Sequence record: SRR22947725_1806
Length of the DNA: 55,342 bases
Strand: one strand, 5' to 3'
Positions within the stretch are counted from its first letter, which is position 1; each line of letters opens with the position of its first letter. Positions 19,696 to 28,642 of this stretch are shown piece by piece. The notes under the pieces were generated by a model that worked only from the letters and a program-made list of their open reading frames with translations, had not been told where the DNA came from and did not search any database. A program made the position numbers and the translations under genes.

Positions 19696-20313
19696 ATGTC
19701 GGAACTCTCCATCTCACATGCGAACGCCGGTGCTCCTCACGCGCTCGAGGGCGGCTTTGACCCGCGATCGGCCGTGTTCGACCGGTTGCTGAAGAACCGT
19801 GTCGTGATGCTTGGGTCCGATGTCAACGATGACATCGCCAACCAGATCTGTGCACAGCTCTTGTATCTCGAAGGCGAGGATCCCAACGCCGACATTTGGC
19901 TGTACGTCAACAGCCCCGGTGGTTCGGTCACGGCTGGTATGGCCATCTACGACACGATGCAGTTCGTCGGCTGTGACGTCGCAACGGTGTGCCTCGGGCT
20001 TGCGGCATCCATGGGGCAGTTCCTGCTTACTGCGGGCGCAGCAGGCAAACGCTACGTGTTGCCCAATGCCCGCGTCATGATGCACCAACCGCTTGCGGGC
20101 CTCCGTGGTCAGGCCTCGGACATCCAGATCCAGGCCGAGCAGCTCCGGTACACGAAGCAGCGCATGGCTGAACTCATCGCGTTCCACTCAGGCAAGGAGC
20201 TTTCGCAGATCCAGGAAGATTCAGAACGCGATCGCTGGTTCACCGCCGAAGAGGCGAGGGACTACGGCTTGTGCGACAGCGTCATCTTGAAGCGTGGCGA
20301 GATCCTCGGCTGA
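19696..20313 (+). CDS. clpP: ATP-dependent Clp protease proteolytic subunit
   Basis: YVNSPGGSVTAG, GLAASMG (catalytic Ser), MHQP (His), RDRWF (Asp); TAGCCT 6 nt before ATG. Confidence 0.96.
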   Translation: MSELSISHANAGAPHALEGGFDPRSAVFDRLLKNRVVMLGSDVNDDIANQICAQLLYLEGEDPNADIWLYVNSPGGSVTAGMAIYDTMQFVGCDVATVCLGLAASMGQFLLTAGAAGKRYVLPNARVMMHQPLAGLRGQASDIQIQAEQLRYTKQRMAELIAFHSGKELSQIQEDSERDRWFTAEEARDYGLCDSVILKRGEILG

Positions 20314-20331
20314 TACAGCGAGCGGCTGAGT

Positions 20332-20766
20332 TCAGCCGTCTTGCGCCACGATCGTGAAGACCGGCCCGATGTCGACGGCGCAGTTGGTCTCGAGCCAGCT
20401 GTCGATAGCCGCTGCGGATCTTTCGGTCGAGAAGATCGCGGCAAGCGCTGATTGTTCTGACTCGGGATCGCCCGGCACCACAGTGCTCGCGGTCTCGTAG
20501 GCATCAATCAACTGATCCCACTCGGGCTCGATCGCGAGTGGCGCGAGCGCGCCAATCTCGCGATAGAGATCGAGGAACGGCTCGATGTCATCGGTGAACT
20601 GCAGGCCGGGCTGCGTGAGTCCTTCGGCGTTGACTTGCACCTCACCACAGAATCGTTCGGCGTCTCCCGCGTCATCGCCGCCGTTGCAGCCTGAGAGCAG
20701 GCCAACAGCAAGACAAGTCGCCACCACGGGCAAGCGAGTTCGGATGCGGCGTAACACGGGCAGCAT
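20332..20766 (-). CDS. Hypothetical lipoprotein
   Basis: Basic N-terminus, hydrophobic core, LSGC lipobox; mature part has two further Cys (FC...NC). Confidence 0.75.
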   Translation of the reverse strand: MLPVLRRIRTRLPVVATCLAVGLLSGCNGGDDAGDAERFCGEVQVNAEGLTQPGLQFTDDIEPFLDLYREIGALAPLAIEPEWDQLIDAYETASTVVPGDPESEQSALAAIFSTERSAAAIDSWLETNCAVDIGPVFTIVAQDG

Positions 20767-20928
20767 TGTCGCACGACGGTCTCCGAAAACCAGGGCGCCC
20801 ATGAACTCTGTGAGCGCGCTCAGGTATGTTGATGATCTCAACGCACTGCCGGTGCGTTGATTGGTCGTGGGGCCCGGACGTCCCTCCTCATTGTCAGGTG
20901 CGGTGCGCCGCGTCACAGAGGAGGCGCC

Positions 20929-21775
20929 ATGTTTGCGTCGATTTCATCCGCCATTGTCGTCGGTGCTCAAGGTCATCCGGTTCGCGTCGAAGTGCACGTC
21001 GGGCAGGGTCTTCCGGGTTTCTCGATCGGCGGCCGTCCCGACGACTCGGTCCGCGAAGCGCGCGATCGAACCCGTGCAGCGATCCTGAGTTCAGGCTTGC
21101 CGTTCCCCAAGATCAAGATCACCGTCAACTTGGCTCCGTCGGGCGACAGAAAGACGGGCGCTGGCCTGGACCTCGCCATCGCAATGGGGATTCTGGCGGC
21201 GAGCGAGGTGGTGTCACCGCAATCGATCGAACGTCTCGCATTCATTGGTGAAGTCGGGCTCGATGGTTCGGTGCGAGGTGTCGCGGGCGTGGCGCCCATG
21301 GTCGGGGCGCTCGGTGAGTTCGATGTTGTTGTGCCGATCGCCAGTGCGGCAGAGGCGGGCGTGGCGGCGCTGGGAGCGGTGCGTCTCGTCGCCAATCTCG
21401 GTGAGCTCGTTGCCGTCCTCAACGGTCTGATCCCGTGGCCAGACCACGACGTCCCGCAGTCCGAACCCGAACCCGAACGCCTGGCTGACCTCGCCGAAGT
21501 GCAAGGCCAGCCAATGGCTCGCCACGCACTTGAGATCGCTGCGGCAGGAGGCCACCACCTCTTAATGGTGGGGCCACCAGGTGCCGGCAAGACAATGTTG
21601 GCATCACGCTTGCCCGGTCTGCTGCCGGTACTCGATCGTGATCAGGCGCTCGAGGCAACGATGGTCATCTCCGCTGCCGGTGTCCCTCTGCCGCCCGGCG
21701 GATTGGTCACGCGACCGCCATTCCGGGCTCCCCACCACACCGCCACAAGTGCTGCCGATGGGACGTGTCGCGTGA
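20929..21775 (+). pseudogene. comM: ComM/YifB Mg-chelatase-like AAA ATPase with an internal deletion, fused in frame to dprA
   Basis: VREARDRTRAA, TVNLAP, DLAIA, GPPGAGKT, PFRAPHHT, then no Walker B or C-terminal domain; the presumed original tail LPMGRVA* survives out of frame at 21752-21775. Confidence 0.85.
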
Positions 21776-22905
21776 GTTCGGACCTGCCCGACGCCGGCTA
21801 CTTGGCAGCCCTCGCCGGGTTCGATCGGATGACCGTGGGTCGCCTGCGCCATCTGGTTCGCGGGCGGCTAGCTCCCGAGGCATACGGAGTGGCGGCAGGA
21901 ACACATCGTCCTTCGCCCGCCATTGCTGCAGTGTTCGCGAAAGACTGCAGCTTGGCCGAGGCGTGGCAGCAGTCGGCCCGGCGGCGCGATCCACGGGAGT
22001 GCTGGGAGGCGTCGGTCGCAGCCGGTGTCCAGGTGTTGACTCCTGCAGACCCGTCGGTGCCGCCGCAGCTCTCCGCCGATCCGGCGTGCCCGGCGGTGTT
22101 GTTCGTACGCGGCAACCTCGGCGTCCTTGATGCTCGGCGAGTGGGCATTGTCGGAACTCGCAACGCCACGCAGGCAGGGCGTGCGACGGCAGCTCGTTTC
22201 GGGTGCGAACTCGCCGAGGCTGGCGTGGTGGTGCTGTCTGGTCTGGCGCGCGGCATCGATGCGGCGGCTCACCGGGGCGCGTTGTCGTGCCCGACGGCAA
22301 CCCCGGCAGCAGTCGTTGGGTGCGGCCTTGATCGACCATACCCAAAGCAGAACAGCGACCTGTGGGACGCGGTCGCGGCGCGGGGTGTGCTGATCTCCGA
22401 GTGGCCGGTCGGCACGTCGCCGGATCCATTTCGGTTTCCACTCCGCAACCGAATCTTGGCGGCGCTCGCCGAGGTGCTTGTTGTCGTCGAGAGCCGTGAC
22501 CGCGGCGGCAGCCTGATCACGGTGCGCGAAGCCGCCGACCGATCCGTTGATGTGATGGCCGTGCCCGGATCGGTGCATAGCCGGGCATCGGACGGAACAA
22601 ACAAGCTGTTGGCCGACGGCGCAATAGCGGCCACGGAGACTGCTGACGTCTTGATGGCCCTCGGCCTCGACCATCGCCGAGCTGGCCGCGCTCGATTTGA
22701 TGCGCGCGCAGCGCTCTCCGGCGTTGATGCCGAGGTGTATGCCGCCTGTCACGAGACGTCACGCACGATTGAGGCCATCATGTTGCTCACCGGAACCGCG
22801 ATCGGCGAAGCAGCGATGCTCCTCGCCCGCCTCGAACGGGCGGGATGGCTCATCGAGACCGGTGGCTGGTTCGAAGCCGTCGATGAGTGGGCTGAGCTGG
22901 CATGA
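21772..22905 (+). CDS. dprA: DNA-processing protein DprA (in frame with the upstream comM fragment)
   Basis: GIVGTRNAT, SGLARGIDAAAH, FPLRNRILAAL, GGSLIT, AVPGS, GTNKLL; C-terminal wHTH-like tail. Confidence 0.93.
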   Translation: MSSDLPDAGYLAALAGFDRMTVGRLRHLVRGRLAPEAYGVAAGTHRPSPAIAAVFAKDCSLAEAWQQSARRRDPRECWEASVAAGVQVLTPADPSVPPQLSADPACPAVLFVRGNLGVLDARRVGIVGTRNATQAGRATAARFGCELAEAGVVVLSGLARGIDAAAHRGALSCPTATPAAVVGCGLDRPYPKQNSDLWDAVAARGVLISEWPVGTSPDPFRFPLRNRILAALAEVLVVVESRDRGGSLITVREAADRSVDVMAVPGSVHSRASDGTNKLLADGAIAATETADVLMALGLDHRRAGRARFDARAALSGVDAEVYAACHETSRTIEAIMLLTGTAIGEAAMLLARLERAGWLIETGGWFEAVDEWAELA

Positions 22906-22992
22906 CGAGCATTGGTCGACGACCGCTGGTCGAACCTGGTGCGCCTCTGCCCTATCCCGAATTTGCCGAGCGGCAGACAATACGATCGCCAT

Positions 22993-23865
22993 GTGGACCA
23001 GTGGCGCATCGACGACTTCGCGAGAGCGCTCACGTCGCTGTCCGACAACACGGTCACCTCCTACGTCTCCGACCTGCGCTTGTTCGAGACATGGTGCGCA
23101 CGCAGCGATCTCGCCGACCCGGCGCGCGTGACCCGAACGACCATTCGGCGGTATCTCGCCCATCTCACCACGCGCCAGTTCGCGCGTCGCACGATCGCCC
23201 GAAAAATTGCCGCTGTACGTCGCTACTTCAAGTGGGCAGTGGCCAACAACGTTGCGGAACTCGATCCCACCAGTGGTGTTTCGGTTCCAGCTGGCAGCGG
23301 TCGCCTCCCGCGCGTGCTCGACGGCCGCGAAGTCACCGGGCTGCTCGAAGCGGGCCCCGGTGCCGACGAGCCCGAATGGCGACGGTGTCGCGACGATGCT
23401 GTGCTCGAAGTGCTCTACGGATCGGGTGTGCGTGTCAGCGAGCTGTGCGGCCTCGACGTGTCGTCACTCGCGTTGACGGTTGGCGCTGCCACCGTGTGGG
23501 GCAAGGGCGACAAGGAACGGCGCGTTCCCCTCAGCGAGCCCGCCGTCCGCTCGCTCCGGCGATGGATCGACGTGCGCCCCGAGGTGGTCACCGGTGATCA
23601 GGGCGATGCGTTGTTTGGTAACGAAGTGGGGAAACGTCTCACGCCACGGGACGTCCGTCGCATCATCGACCGCCGGTCGCCAACGCCGACCCATCCCCAT
23701 GCGTTACGGCACAGTTTCGCGACGCATCTCCTCGACGGCGGTGCCGACCTGCGAGCCGTACAAGAGCTGTTGGGTCATGCCGATGTGGCCACCACGCAGC
23801 GTTACACCCACGTCAGTCGAGAGCGACTCTCTGCTGCCTATCGCGAGGCCCATCCCAGAGCATGA
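22993..23865 (+). CDS. xerC: Tyrosine recombinase XerC
   Basis: LYGSGVRVSEL, GKGDKER, HALRHSFATHLL, LLGHA, TTQRYTH; conserved position after dprA. Confidence 0.92.
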   Translation: MDQWRIDDFARALTSLSDNTVTSYVSDLRLFETWCARSDLADPARVTRTTIRRYLAHLTTRQFARRTIARKIAAVRRYFKWAVANNVAELDPTSGVSVPAGSGRLPRVLDGREVTGLLEAGPGADEPEWRRCRDDAVLEVLYGSGVRVSELCGLDVSSLALTVGAATVWGKGDKERRVPLSEPAVRSLRRWIDVRPEVVTGDQGDALFGNEVGKRLTPRDVRRIIDRRSPTPTHPHALRHSFATHLLDGGADLRAVQELLGHADVATTQRYTHVSRERLSAAYREAHPRA

Positions 23866-24623
23866 GCATTGTTCCCGAAGACGCAGACCTTCAGATGCAG
23901 TGGACGCGGTGGCTCAACCGCCGCAACTCGGCGGCGCGCGATCACCTCATCGTCCACTACTCGCCGCTGGTGAAGTTCGTGGCCGGCCGTGTCGGCGCTG
24001 GCCTTCCTTCGAGCGTCGACTCTGGCGATCTCATCAGCTCCGGTGTTTTCGGGCTGATGGACGCGATCGAACGTTTCGATACCGAGCACGGGGTCAAGTT
24101 CGAAACCTTTGCGGTGCCGCGCATCCGCGGTGCGATCTACGATGGGCTACGCCAACTCGACTGGGTGCCACGCTCGGTCCGGAGCCGGGCGCGAAGTGTC
24201 GAGAAGTCCTTCTCCGAACTCGAACACAAACTGGGCCGAGGCCCGACCGACGAAGAACTGGCCGAGCACCTCCGTATCACGCCAGCCGACCTCGCCAAGT
24301 GGCTGTCGGCAATCGCAAGCACCACGATCGGGCCGCTCGATCGAGCGATCGCCGCTGGAGCCGAGCCATCGGCACCCGACAACGCGATGTCAGGCTCGCC
24401 CACGGCCGTGGTTGAGAATCGCGAACTCAGCCATGTCATGCGTGTCGAGATCAAGAAGCTCCCGGAGCGCGAAAAGCTGGTGCTGTCGCTCTATTACGAC
24501 GAGGGCTTGACCCTGTCGGAAATCGGCGACGTCCTCGGAGTGACCGAAAGTAGAGTCAGTCAGATCCATACCAAGTCGGTGCTGCATCTGCGAGCCCGAC
24601 TGGGGGCGGCCGGGCTCACCTAA
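23862..24623 (+). CDS. whiG: FliA/WhiG family RNA polymerase sigma factor
   Basis: LVKFVAGR, GLMDAIERFD, RIRGAIYDGLRQLDWVPRSVR, LYYDEGLTLSEIG, SRVSQIH. Confidence 0.93.
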   Translation: MSIVPEDADLQMQWTRWLNRRNSAARDHLIVHYSPLVKFVAGRVGAGLPSSVDSGDLISSGVFGLMDAIERFDTEHGVKFETFAVPRIRGAIYDGLRQLDWVPRSVRSRARSVEKSFSELEHKLGRGPTDEELAEHLRITPADLAKWLSAIASTTIGPLDRAIAAGAEPSAPDNAMSGSPTAVVENRELSHVMRVEIKKLPEREKLVLSLYYDEGLTLSEIGDVLGVTESRVSQIHTKSVLHLRARLGAAGLT

Positions 24624-24715
24624 CATCGGGTCAGTTCGCTGGCACCAGATGCTTCATCTGGCCGCTGGCCCCATCGACGCTCAGCGTCCATCAGATCACT
24701 CCGTCGAGAGGATTC

Positions 24716-25234
24716 ATGATGCAAGGACGCGCCCTGCTCGCCGTTGGCACCGCGATGTCAATACTCACCTTCAGTTTTGTAGCCGTCTCTGAGGCGATTC
24801 CCTGTTGGCAGCCGCCGGTGACCGGCCCCATCATTGACCCGTTCCGTGCGCCGCCGTGTCGATATTGCGCTGGGCACCGGGGTATTGACTTTCAGACCGG
24901 TGCTGCGAGTGCCGTTCGATCCGTTGCTGCGGGCAGGGTCACCTTCAGTGGGCCCGTCGCCGGAACTATCTATGTCGTCGTCGAACACGCCAATGGATGG
25001 AAGGTGACGTATGGCGAGTTGAGCGGCGTTCGAGTGAGGCGTGGCGCCAGCGTTGCGCGCGGCGCGGTACTCGGCACGGCCGACGGCAGATTCCACTTCG
25101 GACTCCGAGCGAACGGTCGGTATCGCGACCCTGAGCCTTACCTCGGCCATCTTGTCGGTCGGCCCCGACTCGTCCCGACCGACGGTACGGCCCGACGGCG
25201 CGGGCCGACTCCGGTCTGGTCGTGTGCCCGTTGA
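24716..25234 (+). CDS. M23 family peptidase
   Basis: Signal peptide, GHRGID, FHFGLR, YRDP. Confidence 0.88.
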   Translation: MMQGRALLAVGTAMSILTFSFVAVSEAIPCWQPPVTGPIIDPFRAPPCRYCAGHRGIDFQTGAASAVRSVAAGRVTFSGPVAGTIYVVVEHANGWKVTYGELSGVRVRRGASVARGAVLGTADGRFHFGLRANGRYRDPEPYLGHLVGRPRLVPTDGTARRRGPTPVWSCAR

Positions 25235-25304
25235 GCCGCGTGCCGTCGAGGCGTGGTGCATGGCTTCTGCCCCGAGGTGTGGGGGCAATGCAGCGCCGGT
25301 AGCA

Positions 25305-25400
25305 TCAGTGAGGTCATTTCAACCGAAATGGCACACACTCAAGGTCTCATCGATCAATCAGCGGTCGCCTCGCGGCGCCGATCGGTGGGAAAAACCGCAC
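25305..25400 (+). promoter_or_regulatory. rpsB leader (t44-like autoregulatory RNA)
   Basis: TAGCAT -10 box just upstream, CACACAC motif and GC-rich stem ahead of the AAGGAG RBS of rpsB. Confidence 0.5.
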
Positions 25401-25412
25401 AAGGAGCACCAC

Positions 25413-26363
25413 ATGGCTGTTATCAGCATGCGTCAGATGTTGGAAGCCGGAGCACACTTCGGCCACCAGACCCGTCGTTGGAACCCCAAGATGAAGCGTT
25501 TCATCTTCGGTGAGCGCGCCGGCATCTACATCATCGACCTCGAGCAAACGCTTGGTCGAGTTGAGACGGCCTACGGGTTCGTCCGTGATCTCGTCGCCGG
25601 TGGCGGCAACATCCTGTTCGTGGGCACTAAGAAGCAGGCCCAGGACCCGATCAAGAGCTACGCCGACAAATGCGGGATGCCCTACGTGAATGAGCGCTGG
25701 CTCGGCGGCATGCTCACCAACTTCGAAACGATGAGCAAGCGCGTCAACAAGATGCTCGAGTACGAGCGCATGCAGGCCTCGGGCGAGTTTGACGTGATGA
25801 TCAAGAAGGAAGCACTGCTCCTCGATCGCGAGCTCACCAAGTTGCAGCGCAACCTGGGCGGTCTGCGCAGTCTGAAGAAGGCTCCCGACGCAATCTTCGT
25901 GCTCGACACCAACAAGGAACACATCGCCGTCACCGAAGCGCGCAAGCTCGGTATCCCTGTCGTCGCCGTCGTCGACACCAACGTGAATCCTGAAGTGGTG
26001 ACATACCCGATCCCTGGCAACGACGACGCGATTCGCTCGAACAGCTTGTTCGCACGCGTGATCGCCGATGCCGTCGCCGAAGGCCGATTCATCGCGAACA
26101 AGCGCAACCCTGCGCCTGCTCCGGTTGCTGAGAAGACGCCGGAACAAGAGGCCGAATTCGAAGCTGCGCAGGCCGCGGCGCGTAACGCCGCTGCTCAGCT
26201 GCAGGCCGAGCGCGATGCCAAGCTTGCTGCTGCCAAGGACGCGCCGGTTGCCGAAGCCGCGCCCGCAGAGGCTCCGGCCGAAGCCGCACCTGCAGAGGCA
26301 GCGCCAGTGGCTGAGGAAGCCCCTGCCGCCGCAGCGACCCCCGAAGTCGAAACGGAGAGCTGA
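25413..26363 (+). CDS. rpsB: 30S ribosomal protein S2
   Basis: [33 protein letters not shown]; Ala/Pro-rich tail. Confidence 0.99.
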   Translation: MAVISMRQMLEAGAHFGHQTRRWNPKMKRFIFGERAGIYIIDLEQTLGRVETAYGFVRDLVAGGGNILFVGTKKQAQDPIKSYADKCGMPYVNERWLGGMLTNFETMSKRVNKMLEYERMQASGEFDVMIKKEALLLDRELTKLQRNLGGLRSLKKAPDAIFVLDTNKEHIAVTEARKLGIPVVAVVDTNVNPEVVTYPIPGNDDAIRSNSLFARVIADAVAEGRFIANKRNPAPAPVAEKTPEQEAEFEAAQAAARNAAAQLQAERDAKLAAAKDAPVAEAAPAEAPAEAAPAEAAPVAEEAPAAAATPEVETES

Positions 26364-26368
26364 AGAAC

Positions 26369-27157
26369 ATGTCATTCACTGCACAAGACGTCAAGGCGCT
26401 CCGCGTCTCCTCCGGCGCCGGCATGATGGACTGCAAGAAAGCCTTGCAGGAGAACGACGGCGACATGGAAGCCTCCAAGACGTGGCTCCGCGAAAAGGGC
26501 CTCGCAGCCAGCGCCAAGCGTGAGGACCGCGACGCCACACAGGGCGTTGTCAGCCTCGTCATCACCGGCAACGTCGGTGCCATCGTCGAACTGAAGTGCG
26601 AGACCGACTTCAGTGCTGGGTCGGACCTCTTCAAGGCTGAGGCCGATGCTCTCGTCGCTCTGGTCGCGGAGAAGGGGGTTGAGTCCATCTCCGAGCGTCA
26701 GAGTGACCTCGAAGAGCTCAAGGTCACGTTGAAAGAGAACATCAGCATCGGTCAAGTCGCTCGAATCGAAGCTGCCGGTGGCAACATCCTCGACAGCTAC
26801 CAGCACATGCAGGGTGGTCGTGGCGTCAACGGCGTGCTCGTCGAAGTCGCCGGTGGTACGCCCGAGCTTGCGCACGACGTGGCAGTGCACATCGCGTTCG
26901 CACGCCCGAAGTACCTCAGCCGTGACGATGTGCCAGCTGATGTCGTCGCAGCCGAGCGCGAGACTCTTACGGTCATCACCCGCAATGAAGGAAAGCCCGA
27001 AGCAGCACTCGACAAGATTGTCGAAGGTCGCATCGGTGGCTTCTTCAAGGATGTGGCATTGCTCGATCAGCCGTACGCCAAGGACGACAAGCAGTCGGTG
27101 AGCCAGTTCATTGGCTCCGCATCGATCGTCGCCTTCGCCCAGGTCGAAATCGGTTGA
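26369..27157 (+). CDS. tsf: Elongation factor Ts
   Basis: VKALR, GAGMMDCKKAL, CETDF, GKPEAALDKIVEGR. Confidence 0.98.
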   Translation: MSFTAQDVKALRVSSGAGMMDCKKALQENDGDMEASKTWLREKGLAASAKREDRDATQGVVSLVITGNVGAIVELKCETDFSAGSDLFKAEADALVALVAEKGVESISERQSDLEELKVTLKENISIGQVARIEAAGGNILDSYQHMQGGRGVNGVLVEVAGGTPELAHDVAVHIAFARPKYLSRDDVPADVVAAERETLTVITRNEGKPEAALDKIVEGRIGGFFKDVALLDQPYAKDDKQSVSQFIGSASIVAFAQVEIG

Positions 27158-27179
27158 TCTGAAGTCCACGGTCAATTTG

Positions 27180-27220
27180 AACAGCCCCGTTGCGCGTCAA
27201 GTACGTTCAGCGGGGCTGTT
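27180..27220 (+). terminator. Hairpin after tsf
   Basis: AACAGCCCCGTTG...CAGCGGGGCTGTT inverted repeat. Confidence 0.65.
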
Positions 27221-27256
27221 TCGCGCCCGTACCTGATCCTGACGGAGACCTCAACG

Positions 27257-27994
27257 ATGACTGAACGAGCACAACGTCCGAAATTCAAGCGCATCGTGTT
27301 CAAACCTTCGGGTGAGGCACTTGCGGGTGCGTCTGGCAAGGGCCTCGATGGCGCAACGCTTGAGGCCACGGCGAAGGAAATCATCGATCTCCGGCAGAAC
27401 TTAAACGTCGACGTCGCTGTGGTCGTCGGTGGCGGAAACTTCTGGCGTGGTCGGGAGGGCTCGATGACCGGGATGGACGCAACACAGTCCGACCACATCG
27501 GGATGCTCGGAACCGTGATGAACGCACTGGCATTGCAGGATGCGCTCGAACGACAGGGCCAAGAGACGCGGGTGCAGTCGGCGATCGAGATGCCGCGTAT
27601 CGCCGAGGCCTACATCCGCCGTCGTGCTGTTCGGCATCTCGAAAAGGGCCGCGTCGTCATCTTTGCCGCTGGTACGGGTAACCCATTTTTTACGACCGAC
27701 ACCGCGGCTGCGCTGCGCGCTGCCGAGATTGAAGCCGAAGTGTTGATCAAGGGAACGCACTCCGGCGTTGACGGGGTCTACAGCGCAGACCCTCGGACCG
27801 ATGAGTCCGCAGAGAAGTACGAGCAGGTGAGCTACCTCGAGGTGATGACGAAAGACCTCAAGGTCATGGACTCCACCGCGATCGCGTTCTGCCGCGACAA
27901 CGACATTCCGATCGTCGTGTTCGACATGTCGAAACCAGGTTCGCTCCGCAGCATCGTGCAAGGCGGCTCCGAAGGCACCCTGGTCAGCGGCTGA
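27257..27994 (+). CDS. pyrH: UMP kinase
   Basis: KPSGEAL, VGGGNFWRG, GNPFFTTDTAA, VMDSTA. Confidence 0.98.
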   Translation: MTERAQRPKFKRIVFKPSGEALAGASGKGLDGATLEATAKEIIDLRQNLNVDVAVVVGGGNFWRGREGSMTGMDATQSDHIGMLGTVMNALALQDALERQGQETRVQSAIEMPRIAEAYIRRRAVRHLEKGRVVIFAAGTGNPFFTTDTAAALRAAEIEAEVLIKGTHSGVDGVYSADPRTDESAEKYEQVSYLEVMTKDLKVMDSTAIAFCRDNDIPIVVFDMSKPGSLRSIVQGGSEGTLVSG

Positions 27995-28066
27995 GACGCT
28001 GCAACCAGTTGCGATGAAAGTCCGCATGGTCCTGCGCCGACCTCTGTCCTGGGTACGATGGTCGAC

Positions 28067-28624
28067 GTGATCGATGACACCCTTCTCGAAGCCATGGACA
28101 AGATGGACAAGGCAGTCGAGCACACTCAGACGCAGTTCGGCACGGTCCGAACCGGTCGGGCAAATCCCGGACTCGTGGAGCGCATCAATGTCGACTACTA
28201 CGGCGCTCCAGTTCCGATTTTGCAGCTCGCTTCGATCTCTGTGCCTGAGGCCCGCCAGTTACTCATCAAGCCGCATGACCGAACGTCGCTCGAGGCCATC
28301 GAGAAAGCTATTCGAGAGAGCGACCTGGGCGTGAATCCGAACAACGACGGGATTGCGATTCGTCTGTCGCTGCCGCAGTTGACCGAAGAACGCCGCAAGG
28401 AATACGTGAAGGTTGCGAAGAACATGGCCGAGGACGGGCGTATTGTGCTGCGCAATCTGCGACGCGATGCGCGTAAGGCCATGGAAGCTGAAGAGAAAGA
28501 TGGTGATGTCTCCGAAGACGAATTGGAGCGCGCCGAGAAAGAACTCGATAAGACCACGAGCGAGCACGTCGACAAGATCGATGCGGCGCTTCACCGTAAA
28601 GAAGAAGAACTCCTCGAGATCTGA
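28067..28624 (+). CDS. frr: Ribosome recycling factor
   Basis: VRTGRANP, DYYG, LTEERRKE; GTG 7 nt after TACGAT. Confidence 0.97.
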   Translation: MIDDTLLEAMDKMDKAVEHTQTQFGTVRTGRANPGLVERINVDYYGAPVPILQLASISVPEARQLLIKPHDRTSLEAIEKAIRESDLGVNPNNDGIAIRLSLPQLTEERRKEYVKVAKNMAEDGRIVLRNLRRDARKAMEAEEKDGDVSEDELERAEKELDKTTSEHVDKIDAALHRKEEELLEI

Positions 28625-28642
28625 GGGGCCAGGGGAACAACG

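Noticed and set aside
22993-23865. Tyrosine recombinase as a phage or island integrase
   Set aside because: Size, motifs and the dprA-xerC-whiG-rpsB context match chromosomal XerC; no att sites or phage genes.
24680-24716. Third sigma-28-like promoter before the M23 gene (CTCAG...GTCGAGAG)
   Set aside because: Spacer is 2 nt longer than at the two matching sites and the -10 is weaker; not supportable without a genome-wide model.
26240-26345. Repeated GAAGCCGC/GCAGAGGC units at the rpsB 3' end
   Set aside because: They encode the ordinary EAAPA low-complexity tail of actinobacterial S2; not a CRISPR or mobile repeat.
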